A DNA stretch of 37,795 bases, taken from NCBI GenBank assembly GCA_035289865.1, contig DATDVW010000084.1, positions 1 through 37,795 on the forward strand, read 5' to 3'. The notes under the pieces were generated by a model. The model had not been told where the DNA came from and searched no databases. It was given only the letters and a program-made list of their open reading frames with translations. This DNA comes from Candidatus Nanoarchaeia archaeon. Lineage in GTDB: Archaea > Nanobdellota > Nanobdellia > Woesearchaeales > JACQNA01. Made by a program: the position numbers and the translations under genes. Positions 23,792-32,801 of this stretch are shown piece after piece (positions within the stretch are counted from its first letter, which is position 1; each line of letters starts with the position of its first letter).

Positions 23792-24790
23792 ATGGTAAAA
23801 AATATAGATATTAAAGATGCAAAAATACTCGTTGAGCTGGATCGAGATGCACGGCAATCAAATATGCAAATAGGGAGGAGGGTGGGGCTGAGCAAAGAGG
23901 TCGTGAAATACCGCATTGATAATATGGTAGAGAGGGGGGTAATTCTCCGGTTCCACACGGTGGTTAATTATTTCAGGTTGGGAATGATCAAATTTAAGCT
24001 GTATCTCCGGTTGACCAATGCGAGCAAAGAGAAGATGGAAGAGATAGCGGAGTATTTCCATCGCCATAACAAGACGGAATGGGTGGTGCTCACCACTGGG
24101 AGATGGGACGTTATCTCGGGGTTCATTGTGAACAACGTCAATGAATTTGATGATGAGGTACAGGCCGTGTTGCAGAAGTTCGCGCAGCATATACAGGAAA
24201 AGGCGATTACCACAACGCTGTATCTCGCCCATCAGACAAGGGAATTCCTCAAGACGAGCAAAACGGGGGTGCCAAGGGTGGTGCACCATACCACAAAAGA
24301 CAGGCAGGAGCATATCGACAGTATCGATAAGGAGATTTTAAGGTTGATTGTCAATAATGCAAGGATGCCTATTGTCGAGATGGCGAGGAGGATACATGTC
24401 ACGCCAAGGATTGTGCAATATAGGATCAGGGAGATGGAAAAGAAAAAAATAATCTTGGCGTATAAGGCGCATGTAGATCCCCGAAAGATGGGGAAGGTCT
24501 TTGGCAAGATGATCGTGTATCTCGCAAACGTGAATAAAGAGCGGCTACATAAGTTTATCTCTTATGCCTCTTTGATGCCGGGGGCAGTATGGCCGCAGCG
24601 CGTTCTTGGCGATTGGGATTTTGAGTTAGATGTAGAGGTTGCCGATTATGATTCATTTCAGCAGATTATCGCTAAGCTTAAGGAAGAGTTCCCTGATATT
24701 ATCAAAGACCATGATTTCTGCATGGTTTCCCGGGAGTACAAGCTTGATTTGTTGTCTGACGTGTACCCCCAGTTTTCAGGCAACGATTAA
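23792..24790 (+). CDS. tandem Lrp/AsnC-type protein (two HTH plus ligand-domain units fused)
   Basis: The first unit is DIKDAKILVELDRDARQSNMQIGRRVGLSKEVVKYRIDNMVERGVI. The second is IDKEILRLIVNNARMPIVEMARRIHVTPRIVQYRIREMEKKKII. It is divergent from the radical SAM gene across a 99-bp AT-rich region. Confidence 0.75.
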   Translation: MVKNIDIKDAKILVELDRDARQSNMQIGRRVGLSKEVVKYRIDNMVERGVILRFHTVVNYFRLGMIKFKLYLRLTNASKEKMEEIAEYFHRHNKTEWVVLTTGRWDVISGFIVNNVNEFDDEVQAVLQKFAQHIQEKAITTTLYLAHQTREFLKTSKTGVPRVVHHTTKDRQEHIDSIDKEILRLIVNNARMPIVEMARRIHVTPRIVQYRIREMEKKKIILAYKAHVDPRKMGKVFGKMIVYLANVNKERLHKFISYASLMPGAVWPQRVLGDWDFELDVEVADYDSFQQIIAKLKEEFPDIIKDHDFCMVSREYKLDLLSDVYPQFSGND

Positions 24791-24813
24791 CCCATAAAGG
24801 TAATGCAGGAAAG

Positions 24814-24820
24814 TTTATAA
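24814..24820 (+). promoter_or_regulatory. TATA box (TTTATAA) for the JAMM gene
   Basis: It ends 20 nt upstream of ATG 24841. This favours that start over TTG 24826. Confidence 0.45.
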
Positions 24821-24840
24821 CTACATTGCCCGCTTATAGG

Positions 24841-25410
24841 ATGATGCGCAGCCGCGATATAGATGAAGACATCCTGCACGTCGCCCGCGAGGAAGAGCTG
24901 CGGCAGGCGGACGGGCAGCAGCCCCGCTCCCGGCTCTGGGCGCTGGGCATCGCGCTGTTCCTGTTCGTCTTAATGCTCTCGTTCGTCTTTGTCACCTTCC
25001 CCATCGGGGATATCATCGCCGGGCAGATCGAGTCCCGTCCGCTGGAGGGGGGAATTGTTGAGGCGGGCGGCCTCCGGATCGTGTTCAGGGAGGATGCCCT
25101 GAGGCAGCTGCAGGGCATCTACTATGAGGAGCAGCGCCGGGAATTCAGCCTCTGCATGCAGGGAGCGAAAGAAGGAAATAGCTATGGGATCTCCGGCCTC
25201 TACCAGCCGACGACATACCATCAGACCTTCAGTTCCGTGACCTTTGAGTCCTGCAGTGACGATACCCTCATCATCCTGCACAGCCATCCCTACAAGAGCT
25301 GCATCGCCTCGGAGGCTGATATGCGCATGCTGGAGCGGAGCAAGGAGAGGAATCCGGACGTCTTGATGGTGGTGATGTGCGAGCCCGGCCGCTTCTCAGT
25401 GTATGGATAA
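24841..25410 (+). CDS. membrane-anchored JAMM/MPN+ metalloprotease
   Basis: It has an N-terminal TM helix (LWALGIALFLFVLMLSFVFVTFPIG), the upstream Glu (REFSLCM) and an exact HxHx7Sx2D motif (HSHPYKSCIASEAD). Confidence 0.75.
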   Translation: MMRSRDIDEDILHVAREEELRQADGQQPRSRLWALGIALFLFVLMLSFVFVTFPIGDIIAGQIESRPLEGGIVEAGGLRIVFREDALRQLQGIYYEEQRREFSLCMQGAKEGNSYGISGLYQPTTYHQTFSSVTFESCSDDTLIILHSHPYKSCIASEADMRMLERSKERNPDVLMVVMCEPGRFSVYG

Positions 25411-25471
25411 ACGGAGTTAGCCAAATTTTTACACTGCCCTGACAATTTCCTAGTCAGTTATTTCTCTCACT

Positions 25472-26266
25472 TTATGACCCCTTTAATAACAAAACATGAG
25501 AACCCGCATTATCTGCTCTGAAATCCTTTGGTTGCCAGATTATTCTATCTACTTCTATGACCAACCCTTCTTCTTCTACATCTTGCTTGAATCTTTGATA
25601 ATGTACTTTATGTTCTTCCTCGCCTTGTAATTCTAATTGGTAAACTTCTCGTATAACATCTATTGCTTCAGGAGTAGCATTTCCCCGCGCATAATAGGCT
25701 ATTAATGCTTTGTAATATCTGTTGATTGCATCGCTCCTCAACTTTTTATCATTATCATAATACGGGAGGAAATTCTCGCAGATAATAATCTTGCCGCTTT
25801 TTGATAAATGCTCTTTTATAGACTTGAGAAATCTTCTTTTATCTTCATCTTCTATGTGGTGATAAGCAGAACTTGCGAGTACAAAATCAAATGTTCGACC
25901 TAACTGAAAATCTATAGCATTCATTTTAAGAAAATTCCTGCCATGTGTACTGAATCTTTTTCGCGCTGATTCGAGGAATTCATCATTTATGTCTATTCCA
26001 GTTAAATCTAGTTTAGGGTAGAATAGTCCAACATGATTAGCAAAGTTTCCAGGACCGCAGCATACATCTAATACGGAAATGGTTTTCAATTCTGTTCTCG
26101 CTTCGATTCCGCTTTCTTCATGTAGCCCACCAAATTCATTAGGCCTCTTTTTTCTCATTACTTCCTGAAGAAATAAAGAGGCTCCAGTGTACCACATATC
26201 AACTTCATTCCTCATCCCGTCTGGACCATTCAAGTACCTTTCCGATGAACCATAAAGCGTTTTCAT
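25472..26266 (-). CDS. class I SAM-dependent methyltransferase
   Basis: Motif I is VLDVCCGPGNFANH, the post-I acidic residue is in GIDIND, and LASSAYHHI is present. Its ATG overlaps the stop of the upstream decarboxylase-like gene (4-nt overlap at 26263-26266). Confidence 0.75.
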   Translation of the reverse strand: MKTLYGSSERYLNGPDGMRNEVDMWYTGASLFLQEVMRKKRPNEFGGLHEESGIEARTELKTISVLDVCCGPGNFANHVGLFYPKLDLTGIDINDEFLESARKRFSTHGRNFLKMNAIDFQLGRTFDFVLASSAYHHIEDEDKRRFLKSIKEHLSKSGKIIICENFLPYYDNDKKLRSDAINRYYKALIAYYARGNATPEAIDVIREVYQLELQGEEEHKVHYQRFKQDVEEEGLVIEVDRIIWQPKDFRADNAGSHVLLLKGS

Positions 26267-27498
26267 TCTATTCTCCCAAATTGTTCTGGCTGACGAAGAA
26301 CGTGTCTTAATCTATCTGTATAGCCTCCCCTTCTTGTAATCAACTCTAATGCACCGTCTCCTCGTATAAGTACTTCAGCAGCGGGCCTTTTATTGAGAAA
26401 CTCCATGTGCTGACATGCCCCATATGCTCCGATATCCCTAACTAGGATGTAACTTCCCTCTTGAACATTTGGGGGAGACCTCACTGCTCCCGGAAACAGG
26501 TAGTCTCTCGAAAGGGTTGTGCAGCCGCTTAGCTTTGCGTAACCTGTTCGGTCGTTATCTTCTCTAAACTCATCAGTAAAAAAGCTGAGTTCGTGCTGTC
26601 TTTCTCGTATAGTGGCTGAGGGCATAAAGATGTAAGATCCATCAGTGTAGATTTGCTGTATTCTCTCGTTTTTCCTTGTATGAACCCTATTCATTCTTAC
26701 AAGAAATTCTCCGGTATCAGCAAAGATGTCTCTTCCAGGCTCAATAGAGATTTTTACATACCTTGGGATAGAGTATTTATCAAGAAGTAAAGCTAATTGT
26801 GCGAAATATCTCTTCCATGGAAAGTGTTTTTCTTCAGAAGAACGAGCTTCATAAGCAAAAGCAAATCCTCCACCAAGATTTATTACTCTAGTTTTCGGAA
26901 AGTACTGCCTATAAGCTCGGAAAACTTCTTCAGCATGGTTGATCAGCCTGTCAAGTTTACTTCCTGTTTCCGGATACGTATGGATGGCATGGATAGATTT
27001 CCCTGATTTCAGACAAATCTTAGCTATTTCATTATATTCCGCTATTTTAAATCCAGTTCTTTGTCTTTGCTCAGGCGATAGATCTATTCTTATTCCTACG
27101 CTATCACTTCTTTGCAATGCATATTCTAATTCTTCTGGAAGTGCAACATTCACTGGTAAACCACAATTTAAGAAATATTCGAGATCTTCATCAGAAAGTG
27201 CTGTTGGTGAAACTATGCTTTCAATTCCAGATAATCCAAAATATTTTAGTTGATGATGCTCTTCTACGCTTTGAATGGTTGTACCGATCCCTTGTCCTGC
27301 TAAAATTCTAAAAAATTGAGGATGTGAGTTTGTAAAATAGGCCACAAAGATGTTTACCTTGTCAGCTAGATTTGTTCCTTCTAAAGCGCCTTTTACTCTT
27401 TGAACATTATTCTTGAGAGTCTCTTCGAAGTAAATGAATGTGGGAGTCCCACAATGCTCGGCTATCTTTCGGTACACGTCCAAATTTGTTTTTGTCAT
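26263..27498 (-). CDS. fold-type III PLP enzyme homolog (Orn/DAP/Arg decarboxylase family) lacking the Schiff-base lysine
   Basis: Family motifs are kept: TPTFIY, INLGGGF, ISIEPGRDI, LSGCTTLSRD and DIGAYG. In the segment aligned with the AYKAN PLP motif it reads AYFTN (F55, codon 27334-27336). Confidence 0.7.
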   Translation of the reverse strand: MTKTNLDVYRKIAEHCGTPTFIYFEETLKNNVQRVKGALEGTNLADKVNIFVAYFTNSHPQFFRILAGQGIGTTIQSVEEHHQLKYFGLSGIESIVSPTALSDEDLEYFLNCGLPVNVALPEELEYALQRSDSVGIRIDLSPEQRQRTGFKIAEYNEIAKICLKSGKSIHAIHTYPETGSKLDRLINHAEEVFRAYRQYFPKTRVINLGGGFAFAYEARSSEEKHFPWKRYFAQLALLLDKYSIPRYVKISIEPGRDIFADTGEFLVRMNRVHTRKNERIQQIYTDGSYIFMPSATIRERQHELSFFTDEFREDNDRTGYAKLSGCTTLSRDYLFPGAVRSPPNVQEGSYILVRDIGAYGACQHMEFLNKRPAAEVLIRGDGALELITRRGGYTDRLRHVLRQPEQFGRIE

Positions 27499-27596
27499 TT
27501 TACAGTGGCATCGTAGTACTAGAATATAAAAATATTTATTAATAATTTTTCAAAAACAGTAATATTTATAAGTATAATCCAATTTTATAATAAATA

Positions 27597-28559
27597 ATGG
27601 AAAAATTGGATATAAAAGACAAGAAGTTGTTGTATTGGTTAGATCAAGACAGCAGAGCTACCAACAAACAACTAGGAAAGAAAGTAGGCTTAACAGAGCA
27701 GGCAATAGGGTATAAGATAAAACGATTGCAAGAACGAGGAGTCATTAAGAGATTTGTGGCTTTTGTCAACACACTCAGTCTTGGATACCAGCATTATAAA
27801 GTCTTTATCCAATTGCACAACACAACTGAAGAAAATGAAAAAGAAATAATCAGTTCGCTAGTAAATAATCCTAATATTCGGTGGGTTGCTTCAACAAGCG
27901 GAAAGTATGATATAACTTTTTCAGTTCTCGCCAAAACCCCTTTAGAATTCATCAGGGTATATCAAAGCATAGAAGCAAAATTTGGGAAGTATATTATTGA
28001 AAAAAATATTATCGTCAATGTTAGTTCACCAGGGTTTACACGAGATTGGCTAATTCAAAAAAGGGAATCAAAGAAGATAGAATATAAGATAAGCGAAGAT
28101 GTTCAGCTTATTGATGCAATTGACAAAAAAATCCTTAAGTCAATTTCCCAGAATGCGAGGAAGAACACCGTTGATATAGCAAAAGAAATAAAATCGACAG
28201 TCGATGTCGTAAAATACCGATTGAAAAAATTAAAAGATAAGAGAATCATCAATGGGTTTACTATGCAGTTAGATCTGGCAAAAATTGGTTATGAATATTA
28301 TAGTGTCTTTTTCCATATGCACAACTTAAATGAAGAGGTGGAGAAGAAGATTATTAGTTTTGCTGAAGTTCATTCCAACCTTCTTTTTGTTGTAAAAGCT
28401 ATAGGAAATTATGATCTTCAATTTGAGCTAGAAGTAGAGAACTATCAGGAATTAGAGAATAATCTCAAAGATTTTAGGCATCATTTTTCAGAGTTTATCA
28501 GAGATTTTGAAATTTTGCGGGTTACTGGAGAATATAAATATGACTTTTTCCCTTTTTAA
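27597..28559 (+). CDS. tandem Lrp/AsnC-type protein, paralog of 23792-24790
   Basis: The two HTH units are DIKDKKLLYWLDQDSRATNKQLGKKVGLTEQAIGYKIKRLQERGVI and IDKKILKSISQNARKNTVDIAKEIKSTVDVVKYRLKKLKDKRII. It is divergent from the decarboxylase-like/methyltransferase operon across a 98-bp AT-rich region. Confidence 0.75.
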   Translation: MEKLDIKDKKLLYWLDQDSRATNKQLGKKVGLTEQAIGYKIKRLQERGVIKRFVAFVNTLSLGYQHYKVFIQLHNTTEENEKEIISSLVNNPNIRWVASTSGKYDITFSVLAKTPLEFIRVYQSIEAKFGKYIIEKNIIVNVSSPGFTRDWLIQKRESKKIEYKISEDVQLIDAIDKKILKSISQNARKNTVDIAKEIKSTVDVVKYRLKKLKDKRIINGFTMQLDLAKIGYEYYSVFFHMHNLNEEVEKKIISFAEVHSNLLFVVKAIGNYDLQFELEVENYQELENNLKDFRHHFSEFIRDFEILRVTGEYKYDFFPF

Positions 28560-28605
28560 TGTCTCATCTAGGGTGCTGGTTGATGTATGAATCGAAGCAG
28601 AAACG

Positions 28606-28613
28606 TTTATAAA
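28606..28613 (+). promoter_or_regulatory. TATA box TTTATAAA for valS
   Basis: It ends 23 nt upstream of ATG 28636. This favours that start over TTG 28618. Confidence 0.5.
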
Positions 28614-28635
28614 CAATTTGCGGCATACAGCAGCC

Positions 28636-31017
28636 ATGGGCCAGCTTGCAGACAGCGCATGGAGCAAGGAGTTCGAGCAGCCCATCTATGCGCAGTGGAA
28701 GGCGGAAAAGAGGTACGCATTCCATAAAAACAGCAGGAAAAAGATATTCAGCATCGACACCCCCCCGCCCTACGTCAATACCCCCATCCACATCGGCCAG
28801 GCGACGACCTATGTCCTGATGGATTTCTTCGCCCGGTTCCACCGGATGATGGGGGAAGAGGTGCTCTTTCCTCTTGGCCTGGACCGGAACGGCCTGCCCA
28901 TCGAGATGGCGGCGGAAAAGCGGTTCAACATCAAGCTCGGCGAGGTCAGCCGGGACGAGTTCATCGGCAAGTGCTATGAGGTGCTGGAGGAGTCCAGCGC
29001 TGCCTCGACCGAGTCGTTCCTCCGCCTGGGCATCAGCTTCAATTCCTGGGATGTGGGCACGGGCATCGGCGACGTCTATGAGACTGATTCCCCGGACTAC
29101 CGCTCGCTGACGCAGGACACCTTCATCGACCTCTACGAGAAGGGACTGATCTATGAGGATGAGCGCGTCAACAATTACTGCCCGGGCTGCCAGACGACAT
29201 TGGCGGACGCAGAGGTGGAATATGAGGACCGGCCCGGCCATTTCTACGATATCGTGTTCACCTGCAAGGAGACCAAGGAACAGGTCATCATCGGCACGAC
29301 CCGGCCCGAGCTGATCTGCAGCCTGGGCATGATCATCTTCAACCCGGAAGACCGGCGCTACCAGCGGCTGGCCGGAAAGACGGCGATCTCCCCCCTTTAC
29401 CATAAAGAAGTGCCCATCCGGGCGCATCCGGCAGCGGAGATAGAGAAGGGCACGGGCATCATGATGATGTGCTCGTTCGGGGACCTCACGGACATCCGCT
29501 TCTTCCGCGAGGAGAGCCTCCAGCCGGTCATCGCGATCGGCAAAGACGGAAAGATGAATGAGCGGGCCGGGTTCCTTGCCGGGCTTTCGGTCGCTGAGGC
29601 GCGGAAGGCCGTCGTCCGGAAGCTGGACGAGGAGGGCCTGCTGGTGAAGAAGACAGCTATCAATGGCCACCGCACCCCGGTCTGCGAGAGGAGCAAGGAT
29701 CCCATCGAGTTCATCGCCATGAAGGAGTTTTACGTGAAGCAGATAGAGTCCAAGGAAAATATGAGCGTGCTCGCCCGCCAGCTGCAGGTGTTCCAGGAGA
29801 GCAGCAGGCAGATCCTCCTGGACTGGATCGCCAGCGTCAGCATCGACTGGCCCATCACCAGGAGGAGGTATTACGCGACCGAGGTCCCGCTCTGGTACTG
29901 CAATGCGTGCGGCAAGGTGATTGTCCCCCCAAAAGGGAGATACTACCAGCCCTGGAAAGAGGATCCCCCAGTCAGGAAGTGCGCATGCGGCAGCGCGGAT
30001 TTCCGAGGCGAGAGCAGGGTGTTTGACACCTGGTTCGATTCTTCCATCTCCCCCCTGTATATCCTGAAGTACTCACGCGATGACGCCTTCTTCAGGAAGA
30101 GCGCGCCCTGCACCCTCCGCCCCCAGGGGAAGGAGATTGTGCGCACCTGGCTGTATTATACCCTCCTGAAATGCTACCTGCTCACCGGCAGGCTGATCTT
30201 CCGCGATGCGTGGATAAATTACCATATCGTGGACGATAAAGGCTATAAGATGTCCAAGAGCAAGGGCAATGTGATCGACCCAAGAGAGGTCCTGGACAAG
30301 TTCGGCGCAGAGCCCTTCCGCCTGTGGTCGGCGATCGAGGGGAATCTGGAGCGGGGTGATTTCCGCTGCTCGTTCGAAAGGATTGAGGGCGCGCAGAAGA
30401 CCCTCACCAAGCTCTGGAATGTCGCCCGGTTCGTGTCCCTGTTTCCCGAGGCCAAGAAAAGCCCCCTGCAGGCGGCAGACCAGTGGATCGTGCAGGAGCT
30501 GGACACGCTGATTGAGTTCAGCGCCAAACAATACGGACAGTATGATTTCCATAACCCCGCTGCGGCCATCAAGCATTTCATCTGGGAGACCTTCGCCTCC
30601 CATTACCTGGAGCTGGTGAAGAGCAGGGCGTACAACCGCGACGGCAGGTTCACCAAGGCAGAGCAGGATGCCGCCCTGTTCACTCTGCACTACAGCCTGG
30701 ACACCGTCCTCAAGCTGCTCGCTCCCATCATCCCGATGGTGACCGCGAAGATATATCTTGAGTTGCGCGGCAGAGACATCCATGCAGAGCAGTTCCCCAA
30801 GCCAGGGGTGAAGGCAGAAACAGGCATCACCAGCGAGGACATCATAAGCCTCAACAGCGAGATCTGGAGGAGCAAGAAAAGCCAGGGGAAATCATTGCGG
30901 AGCGAGATCATGTCGCTCACCATCCCGAAGAAGCTGGAAGGCCTGGCGAAAGACATCCAGGCCATGCATCAGGTAAGGGAGATAATGTATGGGGATGAAG
31001 TGAAGATCGTGGTATAA
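28636..31017 (+). CDS. valS: class Ia aminoacyl-tRNA synthetase, most likely valine--tRNA ligase
   Basis: Motifs are PPPYVNTPIHIGQA (a HIGH variant), GLDRNGLPIE, a CP1/editing-like GTGIMMMCSFGDLTD, DTWFDSS and KMSKSKGN. The size (about 790 aa) and motifs fit archaeal ValRS better than IleRS or LeuRS. The amino-acid specificity was not verified. Confidence 0.65.
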   Translation: MGQLADSAWSKEFEQPIYAQWKAEKRYAFHKNSRKKIFSIDTPPPYVNTPIHIGQATTYVLMDFFARFHRMMGEEVLFPLGLDRNGLPIEMAAEKRFNIKLGEVSRDEFIGKCYEVLEESSAASTESFLRLGISFNSWDVGTGIGDVYETDSPDYRSLTQDTFIDLYEKGLIYEDERVNNYCPGCQTTLADAEVEYEDRPGHFYDIVFTCKETKEQVIIGTTRPELICSLGMIIFNPEDRRYQRLAGKTAISPLYHKEVPIRAHPAAEIEKGTGIMMMCSFGDLTDIRFFREESLQPVIAIGKDGKMNERAGFLAGLSVAEARKAVVRKLDEEGLLVKKTAINGHRTPVCERSKDPIEFIAMKEFYVKQIESKENMSVLARQLQVFQESSRQILLDWIASVSIDWPITRRRYYATEVPLWYCNACGKVIVPPKGRYYQPWKEDPPVRKCACGSADFRGESRVFDTWFDSSISPLYILKYSRDDAFFRKSAPCTLRPQGKEIVRTWLYYTLLKCYLLTGRLIFRDAWINYHIVDDKGYKMSKSKGNVIDPREVLDKFGAEPFRLWSAIEGNLERGDFRCSFERIEGAQKTLTKLWNVARFVSLFPEAKKSPLQAADQWIVQELDTLIEFSAKQYGQYDFHNPAAAIKHFIWETFASHYLELVKSRAYNRDGRFTKAEQDAALFTLHYSLDTVLKLLAPIIPMVTAKIYLELRGRDIHAEQFPKPGVKAETGITSEDIISLNSEIWRSKKSQGKSLRSEIMSLTIPKKLEGLAKDIQAMHQVREIMYGDEVKIVV

Positions 31018-31056
31018 TAAGTATAGGCAAAAGAAAAATCAAAGGAAAGGCAGATT

Positions 31057-31368
31057 TTAAGTCGCTGTAATCAGTTTCAGTCCATCAACATCCGGCTGGA
31101 GGATGATCTCCTCGCCTTTTTTCAGCTTGTAGTTCTTGACGATCTCATTAGGGAACCGCACCCCCAATCCGGTGCCGACCTTGATTATCTTTATCTCTTT
31201 GCTCATCCGTTCCCGAAGGGTGTCCATTGCCGCGGCAAGCGTATTGTTCTCGGTGATGGTGAAGCCGCATTGTTTGCAGTGAAGGGAATCGATTTCTATC
31301 CCATACCCGACGCCAAATTTCGTTTTTTCCAGGGTGTTTTTGCACTGGGGACATGATTTTGATGCCAT
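31057..31368 (-). CDS. zinc-ribbon plus AbrB/SpoVT-like domain protein
   Basis: The zinc ribbon is CPQC...CKQC. The C-terminal swapped-hairpin-like segment is KIIKVGTGLGVRFPNEIVKNYKLKKGEEIILQPD. Confidence 0.55.
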   Translation of the reverse strand: MASKSCPQCKNTLEKTKFGVGYGIEIDSLHCKQCGFTITENNTLAAAMDTLRERMSKEIKIIKVGTGLGVRFPNEIVKNYKLKKGEEIILQPDVDGLKLITAT

Positions 31369-31400
31369 TTCCGTTTACCTCCAGACTGTGGTTGCGGCGT

Positions 31401-32801
31401 TTATCTCTTTTTCACCACCGGCCCCTCCGGCGTGTCATTCACCAAGAATCCCATCCCGGCGATTTCCTCCCGCAGTTCATCTGCCCTCCTGAAATCCTTC
31501 TGTTTTCGCGCCTGCTCGCGCCGCTCCACCAGCCCCTGCACCGCGGCAGGGATGGCTGCCTCCCTCCGCTCAAGGTGGGCAAGGCCCAGCCCGAACACCC
31601 GGTCAAAATCCAGGATCAGCGCGAGTTTCTCTTTGTTCCCCAGCTGCGGATCCCGCACCACTGCCCAGAGCACTGCCAATGCCTTGGGCATGTTGAGGTC
31701 GTCAGCGATGGCAGCGGCAAACTGATTGGCGTAGGTGTTCTTTATCGGTTTACTTGCTGGTTGCTCCTGAAACGACAGAACATTTTCCCTGAGCGTAGAG
31801 AGCGCCTGCCGCGCCTGCTGCAGCGCATCGTAAGAAAAAGTCAGCGGCTTCCGGTAGTGCGCCGTCAGCGTGAAATACCGGTAGTCCAGGGGGTCAAAGC
31901 CCCGGTCCAGGAGCGTCTGCAGGGTGATGAATCCCCCTCCGGACTTTGCCATCTTCTGCTGGTCGAGGACAAGGAATTCCCCATGCAGCCAGTAGTTCAC
32001 CCAGGGCTTCCCGGTCGCTCCCTCAGACTGCGCGATCTCATTGGTATGATGGACAGGGATATGGTCAATTCCGCCGCAGTGGATGTCAATCTTCTTCCCC
32101 AGGTATTTCATCGCCATGGCGCTGCACTCGATGTGCCAGCCCGGGAAGCCCTCTCCCCACGGGCTCTCCCAGCGCATCACGTGGTTTTTGAACTTGCTGC
32201 CCGCCAGGGAGAACCAGAGGACGAAGTCCTGGGGGTTGCGCTTGTTCCGGTCGACAGCGATCCTCTTGCCTGCCTGGAGATTTTCCAGGTGAAGCCGGGC
32301 CATTGCCCCATACTGCCTGAACGTCGAGATGTCATAGTAGAGGTTCCTGTCCGGTGAAAGGTAGATGTGCTTTTTCTTCTCCAGCTGCCGGATGAGCGCG
32401 ATCATCTCGGGGATATGGTCAGTCGCCCTGCAGACGACCTCCGGCCTCAGGATATTCAGCCGGGCGGCATCAGAGAAAAAAGCGTCGGTGTAGAACTGCG
32501 CGATCTCCCAGACAGTCTTCCCCTCCCGCTGCGCTCCCTTCTCCATCTTGTCCTCCCCCTGGTCAGCGTCAGAGGTGAGGTGCCCGACATCCGTGATGTT
32601 CATCACCTGGGTGACGCGCATCCCGGCGTGCTGCAGCACGCGCTTCAGGATATCCTCGAAGATATAGGTCCGGAGATTGCCGATATGCGCATAGTTATAG
32701 ACCGTGGGCCCGCAGGCATACATCCCTGCTTTGCCTTTCACCAGGGGCACAAATTTCTCTTTCTTCCGGGAGAGGGTATTGTACAGGGTGAGCGTGCTCA
32801 T
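31401..32801 (-). CDS. cysS: cysteine--tRNA ligase
   Basis: MYACGPTVYNYAHIGNLRTY (HIGH), GWHIECSAM, KMAKSGG (KMSKS) and the C-terminal helical domain match CysRS. Confidence 0.9.
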   Translation of the reverse strand: MSTLTLYNTLSRKKEKFVPLVKGKAGMYACGPTVYNYAHIGNLRTYIFEDILKRVLQHAGMRVTQVMNITDVGHLTSDADQGEDKMEKGAQREGKTVWEIAQFYTDAFFSDAARLNILRPEVVCRATDHIPEMIALIRQLEKKKHIYLSPDRNLYYDISTFRQYGAMARLHLENLQAGKRIAVDRNKRNPQDFVLWFSLAGSKFKNHVMRWESPWGEGFPGWHIECSAMAMKYLGKKIDIHCGGIDHIPVHHTNEIAQSEGATGKPWVNYWLHGEFLVLDQQKMAKSGGGFITLQTLLDRGFDPLDYRYFTLTAHYRKPLTFSYDALQQARQALSTLRENVLSFQEQPASKPIKNTYANQFAAAIADDLNMPKALAVLWAVVRDPQLGNKEKLALILDFDRVFGLGLAHLERREAAIPAAVQGLVERREQARKQKDFRRADELREEIAGMGFLVNDTPEGPVVKKR

